Origin: Saccharofermentans sp.
Lineage (GTDB): Bacteria > Bacillota > Clostridia > Saccharofermentanales > Saccharofermentanaceae
NCBI GenBank assembly: GCA_024685135.1
Contig: JAIKWA010000090.1
Coordinates: 29,267 to 93,266, forward strand
Length of the DNA: 64,000 nucleotides
Reading direction: 5' to 3'
Of the stretch, positions 9,216-18,213 are shown piece by piece. The position numbers and the translations under genes are program-made. Below the pieces are notes generated by a model. It worked only from the letters and a program-made list of their open reading frames with translations. It was not told where the DNA came from and searched no databases. Numbering within the stretch: position 1 is the first letter of the stretch; each line of letters opens with the position of its first letter.

Positions 9216-10391
9216 ATGGCAGCGGAATCGTATTTGAGCAGAGGCGTATCTCCTACAAAGGATGATGTAAAGGCAGCAGTAAAGAATCAGTCAAAGGGTG
9301 TTTTCCCCGGTGCTTTCTGCAAGCTTATAGAAGATGTTGCAGGTGATGAGGATTACTGCACGGCTATCCATGCTGACGGCGCAGGAACAAAATCTTCCGT
9401 CGCTTATCTCATGTATAAGGAAACAGGCAACTACGATTGGTTCAAGGGTCTTGCCCAGGATTCACTCGTAATGAATACTGATGACCTCGCTTGCGCAGGC
9501 GTTACAAAGAACCTCATGCTCTCAAATACCATCGGCAGAAATGCTCACTTGGTTGACGGCAAGGCTATAGCAAAGGTCATCGAAGGATACGACGAAGTCA
9601 TAGCAAAGCTCAAGGACATGGGCATCGACATCAAGATGTGCGGCGGCGAGACAGCTGACGTGGGAGACCTCGTAAGGACTCTCATCGTTGATTCGACACT
9701 CGTTGCAAGAGCTAAGCGCTCAGATGTTGTCAATGCAGCTAACATCAAGCCCGGCAATGTTATCGTAGGTCTTGCTTCTTCAGGTAAGGCTTCTTACGAA
9801 GACAGATACAATTCAGGTATCTCTTCAAACGGACTTACTGCTGCAAGACATCTCCTCCTGTCTAAGTACTACTACGAGAACTATAAGGAGTCTTTCTCTG
9901 ATACCATCTCAGAAGATAAGGCTTATTGCGGCAAGTTCCGCCTTACGGATAATCTTCCCGGTACTGACATCACTGTAGGTGAGGGAATCTTATCACCCAC
10001 AAGAACATTCCTTCCCGTGATCTCCAAGGTGCTTGAGATGCACAAGGAAGAGATCTACGGCATCATCCACTGCACAGGCGGCGGACAGGCAAAGTGCAGG
10101 GATTTCGGCAGCGGACTTCGCTATGTTAAGGACAATATGTTCGAGCTTCCCCCGATCTTCAAGGCTATCTATGAATCAGGCGATATCCCCATGAAGGAGA
10201 TGTTCCAGGTATTCAACTGCGGTCACAGGATCGAGTTCTACTGCGATGAATCTGCAGCAGCAGACATCATCGCCATCGCTGATTCCTTCGATATCGAAGC
10301 TAAGGTCGTCGGCCATGTCGAAAAGTCTTCAGACGGTAACAATAATGAAGTTATCGTGAAATATTGCGGTGAGGAATTTCTGTATAATTAA
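9216..10391 (+). CDS. purM: Phosphoribosylformylglycinamidine cyclo-ligase (AIR synthase), long ~390-aa form
   Basis: 391 aa. N-terminal 'YLSRGVSPTKDDVKAAV...FCKLI' and 'IHADGAGTKS' recall the long PurM form of Bacteroidetes/Clostridia. RBS GGAGGAA is upstream. Confidence 0.7.
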   Translation: MAAESYLSRGVSPTKDDVKAAVKNQSKGVFPGAFCKLIEDVAGDEDYCTAIHADGAGTKSSVAYLMYKETGNYDWFKGLAQDSLVMNTDDLACAGVTKNLMLSNTIGRNAHLVDGKAIAKVIEGYDEVIAKLKDMGIDIKMCGGETADVGDLVRTLIVDSTLVARAKRSDVVNAANIKPGNVIVGLASSGKASYEDRYNSGISSNGLTAARHLLLSKYYYENYKESFSDTISEDKAYCGKFRLTDNLPGTDITVGEGILSPTRTFLPVISKVLEMHKEEIYGIIHCTGGGQAKCRDFGSGLRYVKDNMFELPPIFKAIYESGDIPMKEMFQVFNCGHRIEFYCDESAAADIIAIADSFDIEAKVVGHVEKSSDGNNNEVIVKYCGEEFLYN

Positions 10392-10430
10392 ATTACGGTA
10401 ATTACCGAATACAGAAAGAAGGTGGGTTTT

Positions 10431-11126
10431 ATGGGTTCTATTAAGAAGTACATAGCCGAATTCATCGGAACATTCACACTCGTACTCATTGGTTGCGGTA
10501 CTGCTATGCTCGTAGGCTGCGATTCGAAGGCAGGTTGCGGTTATATCCTTACAGCGTTTGCTTTTGGTCTTGTTATCGTAGGTATGGCTTATGCCGTAGG
10601 CAATATTTCAGGATGCCACATCAATCCGGCTGTTTCATTAGGTGTATTGATCACAGGCGGCATCAAGGCAGCTGACTTCGTTGGTTACGTTGTTGCTCAG
10701 ATCTTAGGTGCTACTGCAGGTGCAGCTTGCCTTAAGCTTATCTTCAGCCTCGGTGGTGTTACGGATCAGACAGGCGGTCTCGGATCTAACGGTCTTGCAG
10801 GCGTAAATGGCAGCGCGGTTGCCGGCCTCATCGTTGAGATCCTCCTTACATTCGTCTTTGTATTCGTTATCTTAGGTGTAACAGATTCCAAGTTCGGTCA
10901 TGGTTCCTTCGGCGGCATCATCATCGGTTTCACACTCGTTCTCGTTCACATCTTAGGTATCGGTCTTACAGGTACATCAGTTAACCCTGCAAGATCATTC
11001 GGTCCTGCGCTCTTCGCAGGCGCTGAGAGCCTCAAGGTTCTCTGGGTATTCATCGTCGGACCTTTCATCGGAAGCGCTATCGCAGCTTTCTGCTATAAGT
11101 TCCTTGCATCAAACAAGGACGCTTGA
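10431..11126 (+). CDS. aqpZ: Aquaporin / MIP-family channel (AqpZ-like)
   Basis: Two NPA boxes, 'HINPAVS' and 'SVNPARS', with six predicted hydrophobic helices. ATG 10431 preferred over GTG 10422 because of RBS AAGGTGG (10419-10425). Confidence 0.85.
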   Translation: MGSIKKYIAEFIGTFTLVLIGCGTAMLVGCDSKAGCGYILTAFAFGLVIVGMAYAVGNISGCHINPAVSLGVLITGGIKAADFVGYVVAQILGATAGAACLKLIFSLGGVTDQTGGLGSNGLAGVNGSAVAGLIVEILLTFVFVFVILGVTDSKFGHGSFGGIIIGFTLVLVHILGIGLTGTSVNPARSFGPALFAGAESLKVLWVFIVGPFIGSAIAAFCYKFLASNKDA

Positions 11127-11160
11127 TCAGCCGATTTTCACCCGATCAATTATAATAAAG

Positions 11161-11189
11161 GGCTGCAGGCAATGCTTGTAGCCTTTTAA
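11161..11189 (+). terminator. Rho-independent terminator of aqpZ
   Basis: GGCTGCAGGC-AAT-GCTTGTAGCC, a 10-bp stem (2 G-U pairs), followed by TTTTAAATT. Confidence 0.55.
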
Positions 11190-11196
11190 ATTGCAA

Positions 11197-11222
11197 ATAA
11201 AAAACCGGATCGAAAGATCCGG
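11197..11222 (-). terminator. Rho-independent terminator of the GS-like gene
   Basis: CCGGATC-GAAA-GATCCGG hairpin. On the minus strand it is followed by a run of 6 U (A-run at 11199-11204 on the plus strand). Confidence 0.65.
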
Positions 11223-11258
11223 TTTCCGTATTAATCATTCTAATTCTGATCTGCGCTA

Positions 11259-13175
11259 TCAGACCTGATTGTCGCAGTAGATCTTGTACTTCTCCTTGAG
11301 AGTCTTCATAGTCTGCTTCATCTCAAGCTGGTGACGGGATGTCTCTTCCCAATCCTTTGCTTCGATAGCCTTCTTGATGGAAGTGAAGATGCATTCCTGT
11401 GAATCTGTATCCTTGGCAAGCTTTGTCTTGAGAGAATCGATCTCATCCCAGAGCTTGCTGTCATATGCGTTGCCATCATCCTTCCTTACGAAGCTCCTGA
11501 TGGTTGAGAGGTTAGCAGGGATGATCTTCTCTAAGAGCTCCATCTCCCAACGGGCGAGCATTGCCATGTAGTAGGAATCGAGGATCATCTTGCTGAATAC
11601 ATCGCCCTTGCAGAGGATGGTGTCAGCATCTTCGGAATCCTTGATGGCACTTATGGAATAGAATACGTTAGCGGCAGGCTTGCCGAAGAGTCTGTCGCGC
11701 TCTTCAGAAGTCATGTCCTCGAAGATATCCTCCTCGCATCTGTAGAGCTTGTTCTGCTCTAAGTAGTCGCTCGGTGTGCCGTAAGGCTTGATGAATTCCT
11801 CTTCAAGCTGCTTTGAATCCTTGCCGGATGCAAGCGCATAGTCAAGACCGTCGAGCATTGCCTGATAGATGGCTGCGAGGCAGAGGTATGTGTTTGTATG
11901 CGGGTTAGGTGCACGAAGCTCGAATCTTGTCGCATACTTGTTGTTCTCTGATCTTACGACGCCAAGAAGTACTGATCTGTTTCTTGAGGGTGTGAGCACA
12001 TCCATACCGATGGAAGCTACGCAGTGTGTGGGTGCTTCGAAGCCGGGTGTAAGTCTCTCGAATGCATCTGTTGTAGCAGATACGAAGGAGTTAACTATAT
12101 CGTAGTGGCGCATTATGCCGAAGAGGCAGCCCCAGCCGATCTTGCTCAGGTAATCCTTCTTCATGTCCTCAGGTGCGAAAAGATTGATCTTCTTGCCATT
12201 CTTAAGGTAAGCTACCGCATTAACATGTGTGTGCTCACCTGAACCTGCAACACCTGCAAGAGGCTTGGCATCGAAGCTTACATCGAGACCGTGGAGTCTG
12301 AAGATCTCCTTGATGAGTATTCTTGCGATAAGCTCGTAATCTGCGCCCTGAAGTGCATCTGAATACTTCCAGTCAACCTCGAGCTGCTCCATGATGAAGT
12401 GGAACTCACCGGAGGAATTAAGAGATGCCTTAACGCCGCCGACTTCTTTATGACCCATCTCAGGGTTGAAGCCGTACTGCTCGAGGACCATGATGACCTG
12501 CTCTAATGCAGTCCTTACAACGCCCTTTGTACGCTTCCAGTAAGATTCCTTGAGTTCCTGTGAGATAGTAAGCTGCTCTGTGCTGATGATCTCGTCAGGG
12601 GAGTTTACCCAGAACTCAAGCTCTGTGGCTGTTATAAGTGTTATGGTATCAAGATCGTCGGGCTCGAAACCGAATTCCTCGCAAAGCTCGGGATTGTTCT
12701 TGAATACGTCCTTGATCTTGGCTTCGAAATACTGAGCGCTCTTCTTAAGTACAGATCTTGAGCATACAGCGTCGTCGTTGTGCTTTAAGAATGAGGGGAT
12801 ACGGAGTGTTCCTACGGGAAGTCCGGTTGCCTGATCGATGTGCTCCTGGTTGTAATCGATGTACCAGATTACATCGGGGTCGGGGATAAGATCTACCTTA
12901 CCGTCGTTTAATGTTGCGATACCGGGAAGGACAACCGAGGATCCGTCAGTCTGAACGGCCTTGCCTTCGAGGTAATCTTCTATGTTCTCCTTGAAGTCTG
13001 AGATCGGGATCTTCTCGTCTGTATCGTTGCCCATAAGGTCAACGGCTGCAAGGGATACGAATTTGATCTCAGGATGCTGTGAAAGGATCTTTCTGATGTC
13101 AGAAGCTGAATGGTTCTCTACGGGAATAACGCAGAGAAGATCAGGAATTACATGGAAATCTGTCATATTAAACAC
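11259..13175 (-). CDS. Glutamine synthetase family protein, type III-like (638 aa)
   Basis: GS catalytic motifs: 'TELEFWV', 'GHKEVGG', 'KPLAGVAGSGEHTHVN', 'INLFAP', 'RNRSVLLGVVR', 'RFELRAPNP'. The ~170-aa helical C-terminal extension resembles the GlnN type. Confidence 0.65.
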   Translation of the reverse strand: MFNMTDFHVIPDLLCVIPVENHSASDIRKILSQHPEIKFVSLAAVDLMGNDTDEKIPISDFKENIEDYLEGKAVQTDGSSVVLPGIATLNDGKVDLIPDPDVIWYIDYNQEHIDQATGLPVGTLRIPSFLKHNDDAVCSRSVLKKSAQYFEAKIKDVFKNNPELCEEFGFEPDDLDTITLITATELEFWVNSPDEIISTEQLTISQELKESYWKRTKGVVRTALEQVIMVLEQYGFNPEMGHKEVGGVKASLNSSGEFHFIMEQLEVDWKYSDALQGADYELIARILIKEIFRLHGLDVSFDAKPLAGVAGSGEHTHVNAVAYLKNGKKINLFAPEDMKKDYLSKIGWGCLFGIMRHYDIVNSFVSATTDAFERLTPGFEAPTHCVASIGMDVLTPSRNRSVLLGVVRSENNKYATRFELRAPNPHTNTYLCLAAIYQAMLDGLDYALASGKDSKQLEEEFIKPYGTPSDYLEQNKLYRCEEDIFEDMTSEERDRLFGKPAANVFYSISAIKDSEDADTILCKGDVFSKMILDSYYMAMLARWEMELLEKIIPANLSTIRSFVRKDDGNAYDSKLWDEIDSLKTKLAKDTDSQECIFTSIKKAIEAKDWEETSRHQLEMKQTMKTLKEKYKIYCDNQV

Positions 13176-13250
13176 CGCTCTCTAAATAATATAGAGGATT
13201 TTATCACAATTTTCAGGAGAATATATTATAATTTTTGCACGGAGGTTAGC

Positions 13251-14168
13251 ATGCAATTCAGATATAGTCCGTTCAGAATATACATAAGGCTCCTCGATAT
13301 TGAGAATAAGGATAATCCCTGGCCGATGCGAATAGCCTTTGTCTTACTCACACTTCTTAATGCCGCTGCATATCTAAACCCCTGGATCGATACCGATTTC
13401 GGACCGCTCCTTGCCTGGTATGATACGGTAGGTCAGGTAACAGATCCTTCCCAGCTTACTCCCGAGATGATGAACGCCCCCATGACTATGGGTAATTACT
13501 TGGCGCTCCTGCTTCCCGTGGCAGCCGAGATAATCACATTCATTGCGATCCTCATATACACCGGGCACAGGATCAGAGCTTCGCGTCTGGACAATATCGA
13601 TTACTATCTGAACGAATATGGTGAGGAGGACGAGCAAGAAGAAAAGGAATTAAAGGCTATGGGTTTTGGGATCGAGAAACCCACACTTCTGGCCCCTCCT
13701 TCGGTATCCAAGGTTGTAGGAAGGATATTGCTCCTTCTTCTTATCCTGGCAGTTCTCGCTTTGCCTCTTGCGGCGATGATGTTCATATTCTTTATACTCA
13801 TTATCGTAGCGCTCCCCATCGTAGTCGCATTGCCGGCAGCGTTTATTGCAGGAGACCTTAAGGTATCTGAGGTATTGCCCTTCCTCATAAGGAGAGCCAA
13901 GAATGTGTACGGCTTTAATTTCAGGCGTTTTGCGTTTGTGTTGCTCGCTGATCTTATCGCTGGTTTTATAGTCGGGATATTAAGTTATATCGATGTTTTG
14001 GAGCCTGCTTTCTATGTTCTTAATGCTGCCGTATATACCTGGTTTGCTTTTTGCTATGCGAATCTGGGCCTTGATACCTACAGCATAATGGCGGGACTGC
14101 AATTCAAAAGCACTCCCCTGAACATATATGACCAAATAATGAGCAAAAAAAACAGCAAAGATGAGTAA
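13251..14168 (+). CDS. Hypothetical polytopic membrane protein
   Basis: Start at ATG 13251 after RBS GGAGG (13241-13245). Several long hydrophobic segments (e.g. 'ILLLLLILAVLALPLAAMMFIFFILIIVALPIVVALPAAFIAG') and an acidic loop 'EYGEEDEQEEKE'. I recognise no family motif. Confidence 0.6.
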   Translation: MQFRYSPFRIYIRLLDIENKDNPWPMRIAFVLLTLLNAAAYLNPWIDTDFGPLLAWYDTVGQVTDPSQLTPEMMNAPMTMGNYLALLLPVAAEIITFIAILIYTGHRIRASRLDNIDYYLNEYGEEDEQEEKELKAMGFGIEKPTLLAPPSVSKVVGRILLLLLILAVLALPLAAMMFIFFILIIVALPIVVALPAAFIAGDLKVSEVLPFLIRRAKNVYGFNFRRFAFVLLADLIAGFIVGILSYIDVLEPAFYVLNAAVYTWFAFCYANLGLDTYSIMAGLQFKSTPLNIYDQIMSKKNSKDE

Positions 14169-14250
14169 CATTTATTGCTTTTCAAAGGTTGTAATTTGAT
14201 TAGGCTTTAATTATTATACTAACGAAATTATTTTTTGGAGGTAATTCAAA

Positions 14251-15423
14251 ATGACAAATGATGAGAAGGCTATGCAAATGCATGAGCAGTGGGGCGGTAA
14301 GATCGAAGTAATCGCTACAGCACCCGTAGGCACAAAGGAAGAACTTGCGATCGCATATACTCCCGGCGTTGCAGCACCTTGTCTTGCAATCCAGAAGGAT
14401 GTCGATCTTTCATATACATTAACAAGAAGACACAATCTCGTAGCTGTTGTTACAGACGGTACGGCAGTCTTAGGTCTCGGTGATATCGGACCTGAAGCAG
14501 GTATGCCTGTTATGGAAGGTAAGTGCGCACTCTTCAAGGCATTCGGTGATGTTGACGCATTCCCTCTCTGCATCCGTTCCAAGGATGTTGACGAGATCGT
14601 TAACACAGTTGCTCTTCTCGCAGGTTCCTTCGGTGGTGTAAACCTCGAGGATATCTCAGCACCCAGATGCTTCGAGATCGAGAAGAAGCTCAAGGAGAGA
14701 TGTGACATCCCGATCTTCCACGACGACCAGCACGGTACAGCAGTTATCACTCTTGCAGGTCTTACAAATGCTCTTAAGATCGTTGGCAAGAAGATGGAAG
14801 ATATCCACGTTGTAGTTAACGGCGCAGGCGCTGCAGCTACAGCTATCACAAAGCTCCTCATCTCAAGAGGACTTAAGAACGTTATCCTCTGCGACCGTAA
14901 GGGCGCTATCTATGAGGGCAGAGAAGGTCTCAACCCCGCTAAGGAAGAGATGAGCAAGATCACAAACCCTGAGAAGAAGGCAGGCACACTCGCTGAGGTT
15001 ATCGTAGGCGCTGACGTATTCATCGGTGTTTCCGCTCCCGGCGTTCTTACAGCAGATATGGTTGCTACAATGGCAAAGGATCCTGTTGTATTCGCATGTG
15101 CTAACCCTACACCTGAGATCCTCCCTGATGAGGCTAAGAAGGCAGGCGTTGCAGTTATGGCAACAGGCAGATCTGACTTCCCGAACCAGGTTAACAACGT
15201 TCTCGCATTCCCCGGAATCTTCCGTGGTGCTCTCGATGTAAGAGCTTCTGACATCAACGACGAGATGAAGATCGCTGCTGCAAACGCAATCGCAGGCATC
15301 GTATCTGACGAAGAACTCAATCCTGAATACATCCTTCCTAACGCTTTCGATGAGAGAGTCGGTAAGGCTGTTGCTGCTGCAGTTGCTCAGGCTGCACGTG
15401 ATACCGGAGTTGCAAGAATATGA
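14251..15423 (+). CDS. NAD(P)-dependent malic enzyme (short ~390-aa form)
   Basis: 'VVTDGTAVLGLGDIGPEAGMPVMEGK', 'FGGVNLEDISAP', 'FHDDQHGTA' and 'VVVNGAGAA' are malic-enzyme signatures. RBS GGAGG is upstream. Confidence 0.9.
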   Translation: MTNDEKAMQMHEQWGGKIEVIATAPVGTKEELAIAYTPGVAAPCLAIQKDVDLSYTLTRRHNLVAVVTDGTAVLGLGDIGPEAGMPVMEGKCALFKAFGDVDAFPLCIRSKDVDEIVNTVALLAGSFGGVNLEDISAPRCFEIEKKLKERCDIPIFHDDQHGTAVITLAGLTNALKIVGKKMEDIHVVVNGAGAAATAITKLLISRGLKNVILCDRKGAIYEGREGLNPAKEEMSKITNPEKKAGTLAEVIVGADVFIGVSAPGVLTADMVATMAKDPVVFACANPTPEILPDEAKKAGVAVMATGRSDFPNQVNNVLAFPGIFRGALDVRASDINDEMKIAAANAIAGIVSDEELNPEYILPNAFDERVGKAVAAAVAQAARDTGVARI

Positions 15424-15908
15424 TTGACGATATCGAGCTTTTGAGACTTATCGAGAATAACAGCAGACTCTCTTATGAGGAGATCGCTACCATGCTCGGC
15501 ACTTCAGCTTCTGAGGTAGAGCAGGAGATCACAAGACTCAAGGAAGAGAATGTAATCCTCGGCTATACAACGATCATTAACTGGGAGAAGAAAGCTCCCG
15601 ATAACTGTATCGGTATGATCGAGGTAAGGATCACACCTGTAAAGAACAAGGGTTACGATCACTTGGCTCAGGTGTTATCCAAGTACGATAAGGTCACGGC
15701 TTGTTATCTGATGTCCGGCGGATTTGATCTCATGATCATCTACGAGGACAAGACATTAAGAGATATAGCAACTTTCGTTACAGAGAAGATCGCTACGCAA
15801 GAAGGCGTTTTATCTACTACAACGCATTTCATCCTTAAGAAATATAAGGCTAGTGGCGTCATTTACGATAATCCTGAGAGAGATGACAGGCAGGCTATTA
15901 TTTTATGA
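15420..15908 (+). CDS. Lrp/AsnC-family transcriptional regulator
   Basis: 162 aa. N-terminal HTH 'LLRLIENNSRLSYEEIATMLGTSASEV' plus a C-terminal RAM-like domain. ATGA overlap with the malic enzyme stop codon. Confidence 0.8.
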   Translation: MIDDIELLRLIENNSRLSYEEIATMLGTSASEVEQEITRLKEENVILGYTTIINWEKKAPDNCIGMIEVRITPVKNKGYDHLAQVLSKYDKVTACYLMSGGFDLMIIYEDKTLRDIATFVTEKIATQEGVLSTTTHFILKKYKASGVIYDNPERDDRQAIIL

Positions 15909-17092
15909 GCATTGATTACAATGACAAGATCTCCAAGGCGGTACAACAAGTACCGCCTTCGGCAATTAGAAGGTTCTTTGATGTCGCAGCCGAGATGAAG
16001 GGACATGTTATATCCCTTTCCATCGGTGAACCTGACTTTGTTACGCCCTGGCAGATAAGAGAAGCGGGTATAAATTCACTTATCGAAGGATATACCCACT
16101 ATTCTCCGAATGCAGGATATACGGATTCAAGGCAGGCGATCTGCGACTATCTTAAGCGCAGATACGGCGTAAGCTACGACTATAAGCACGAGCTCCTCAT
16201 AACCGTAGGCGGCAGTGAAGGACTCGATCTTGCCGCGAGAGCACTTATAAATCCCGGTGATGAGGTCATCATCGTCGAGCCTTGCTTTGTCGCTTATAAG
16301 GCGACGGTCCTGTTTGCACACGGCGTTCCTGTCGTAGTTGAGACCAAGCCTGAGAATAATTATAAGCTCATGCCCGAAGAACTCGAAGCAGCTATTACGG
16401 ATAAGACCAAGTACATCATAATCGGTTACCCCAACAATCCTACGGGCGCCGTCATGACACTCGAAGACTATGCTAAGATCCGTGATGTATTGCTCAAGTA
16501 TCCTGACATCGTCGTGCTCTCAGATGAGCTTTATTGCGAGCTCAACTATCTCGATTCAAGACCTGCTTCACTTACGCAGTTCAGTGAATTAAGAGACAGG
16601 GTAGTTATGGTAAACGGCTTTTCGAAGTCTTATGCCATGACAGGCTTCAGGATCGGTTATGTTGCGGGTCCATCTGAGCTTATCGCACCTATGGTCAAGA
16701 TACATCAATACTGTATAATGAGTGCACCTTCTACGGCGCAGTTCTGTGCTATCGAGGCTGCGGCAAATGCCGACGCTGAAGTAGCGAAGATGAGGGAAGA
16801 ATACAACCACAGGAGAAGAGTCATAATCAAGGGACTCGAGGATGCAGGTCTCAGCTGTTTTACTCCTTACGGTGCTTTCTATGCATTCCCTTGCATCAAG
16901 TCAACGGGTCTCACATCAGAGGAATTCTGCGAGAGATTCCTTATCGAAAAGCACGTGGCTATCGTTCCCGGTAATGCCTTCGGCGCTTGCGGAGAAGGCT
17001 TTGTACGTATCAGTTATGCTGCATCCATGGAAGACATAAAGGAAGCTATGCAGCTTCTCAAAGAATTTGTTGAAGAACTTAAGAAAGGTTAA
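15905..17092 (+). CDS. Class I/II PLP-dependent aminotransferase (aspartate/alanine aminotransferase-like)
   Basis: 395 aa. 'YPNNPTGAV' and the PLP-lysine motif 'FSKSYAMTGFRIGY'. ATGA overlap with lrp. Confidence 0.85.
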   Translation: MSIDYNDKISKAVQQVPPSAIRRFFDVAAEMKGHVISLSIGEPDFVTPWQIREAGINSLIEGYTHYSPNAGYTDSRQAICDYLKRRYGVSYDYKHELLITVGGSEGLDLAARALINPGDEVIIVEPCFVAYKATVLFAHGVPVVVETKPENNYKLMPEELEAAITDKTKYIIIGYPNNPTGAVMTLEDYAKIRDVLLKYPDIVVLSDELYCELNYLDSRPASLTQFSELRDRVVMVNGFSKSYAMTGFRIGYVAGPSELIAPMVKIHQYCIMSAPSTAQFCAIEAAANADAEVAKMREEYNHRRRVIIKGLEDAGLSCFTPYGAFYAFPCIKSTGLTSEEFCERFLIEKHVAIVPGNAFGACGEGFVRISYAASMEDIKEAMQLLKEFVEELKKG

Positions 17093-17097
17093 TCTAA

Positions 17098-18213
17098 ATG
17101 CTCGAATTCGATAATATCAGACTCGAACTTGAATCCTTCGAAGAGCCTATGGCTAAGCTCAAGGATGCTCTTCACATCGACCGTACTTCAGATGAGATCT
17201 CAGAGCTTGAACAGCGTACCTCTGAGCCGGATTTCTGGAATGACGCTGCCAAGGCACAGGAATTGCAGCAGAAGTTAGGAAGACTCAAGAAGAAGGTGGA
17301 TAACTACAATTCCCTCTCTGCCGAGAGAGAAGACCTTCTTGCTTTATGCGAGCTCGCAAACGAAGAAGAGGATCTTGATTCTCTTCCCGAGCTTAGGGAC
17401 AGCCTTGCAGTATTTAAGGAAGACTACGAGAAGATGCGTCTTGAGACGCTCTTAACAGGCCAGTACGATGCCAATAACGCAACCTTGTCACTTCACGCAG
17501 GTGCAGGCGGTACAGAGGCTATGGACTGGTGCTCGATGCTCTACAGAATGTATAGAAGATGGGCAGAAGAGAAGGGCTTTACCTGCGAGGAATTAGACTT
17601 CGTTGAAGGCGATGAGGCAGGTATCCAGTCTGTATCCATGAAGATAACAGGCGATAACGCATACGGTTTCCTGAGATCCGAGATCGGCGTACACCGTCTC
17701 GTAAGGATCTCTCCTTTTGACGCGGCAGGCAGAAGACATACATCCTTCGCATCCTGCGAGGTCATCCCGGAACTTGACCAGGCAACAGAAGACGATATCA
17801 AGATCGATATGTCCGATGTCCGTGTAGATACTTACAGATCAACAGGTAAGGGTGGTCAGCACATCAATAAGACCGATACGGCTGTCCGTATGACACATAA
17901 TCCTACAGGTATCGTTGTATCCTGCCAGGCTGAGCGTTCACAGCTCCAGAATAAAGAGAGCTGTCTTAGAATGCTCAAAGCTAAGCTCTTTGCTCTTGCA
18001 AGAGCATCCGAGATGGAGAAGATCGAAGACCTTAAGGGTAATCAGATGGAGATCGCCTGGGGTTCACAGATCAGAAATTATATATTCTGTCCCTATACTC
18101 TTGTTAAGGACAACAGAACCGGATACGAGGAAGTTGACGTCGATTCCGTTATGGACGGTAATCTCGACGGCTTTATCTTCGCTTTCTTATCGGGCATGAA
18201 GAACGAGAAATAA
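17098..18213 (+). CDS. prfB: Peptide chain release factor 2, encoded in one continuous frame
   Basis: 371 aa. RF2-specific 'SPF' in 'RISPFDAAGRRHTSF', 'GGQ' in 'STGKGGQHINKT', and N-terminal alignment to E. coli RF2. No internal UGA. Confidence 0.9.
   Translation: MLEFDNIRLELESFEEPMAKLKDALHIDRTSDEISELEQRTSEPDFWNDAAKAQELQQKLGRLKKKVDNYNSLSAEREDLLALCELANEEEDLDSLPELRDSLAVFKEDYEKMRLETLLTGQYDANNATLSLHAGAGGTEAMDWCSMLYRMYRRWAEEKGFTCEELDFVEGDEAGIQSVSMKITGDNAYGFLRSEIGVHRLVRISPFDAAGRRHTSFASCEVIPELDQATEDDIKIDMSDVRVDTYRSTGKGGQHINKTDTAVRMTHNPTGIVVSCQAERSQLQNKESCLRMLKAKLFALARASEMEKIEDLKGNQMEIAWGSQIRNYIFCPYTLVKDNRTGYEEVDVDSVMDGNLDGFIFAFLSGMKNEK

Noticed and set aside
14214-14861. 215-aa ORF antisense to the malic enzyme gene
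   Set aside because: The sense frame carries unmistakable malic-enzyme motifs. The antisense peptide is Ala/Ser/Pro-rich noise.
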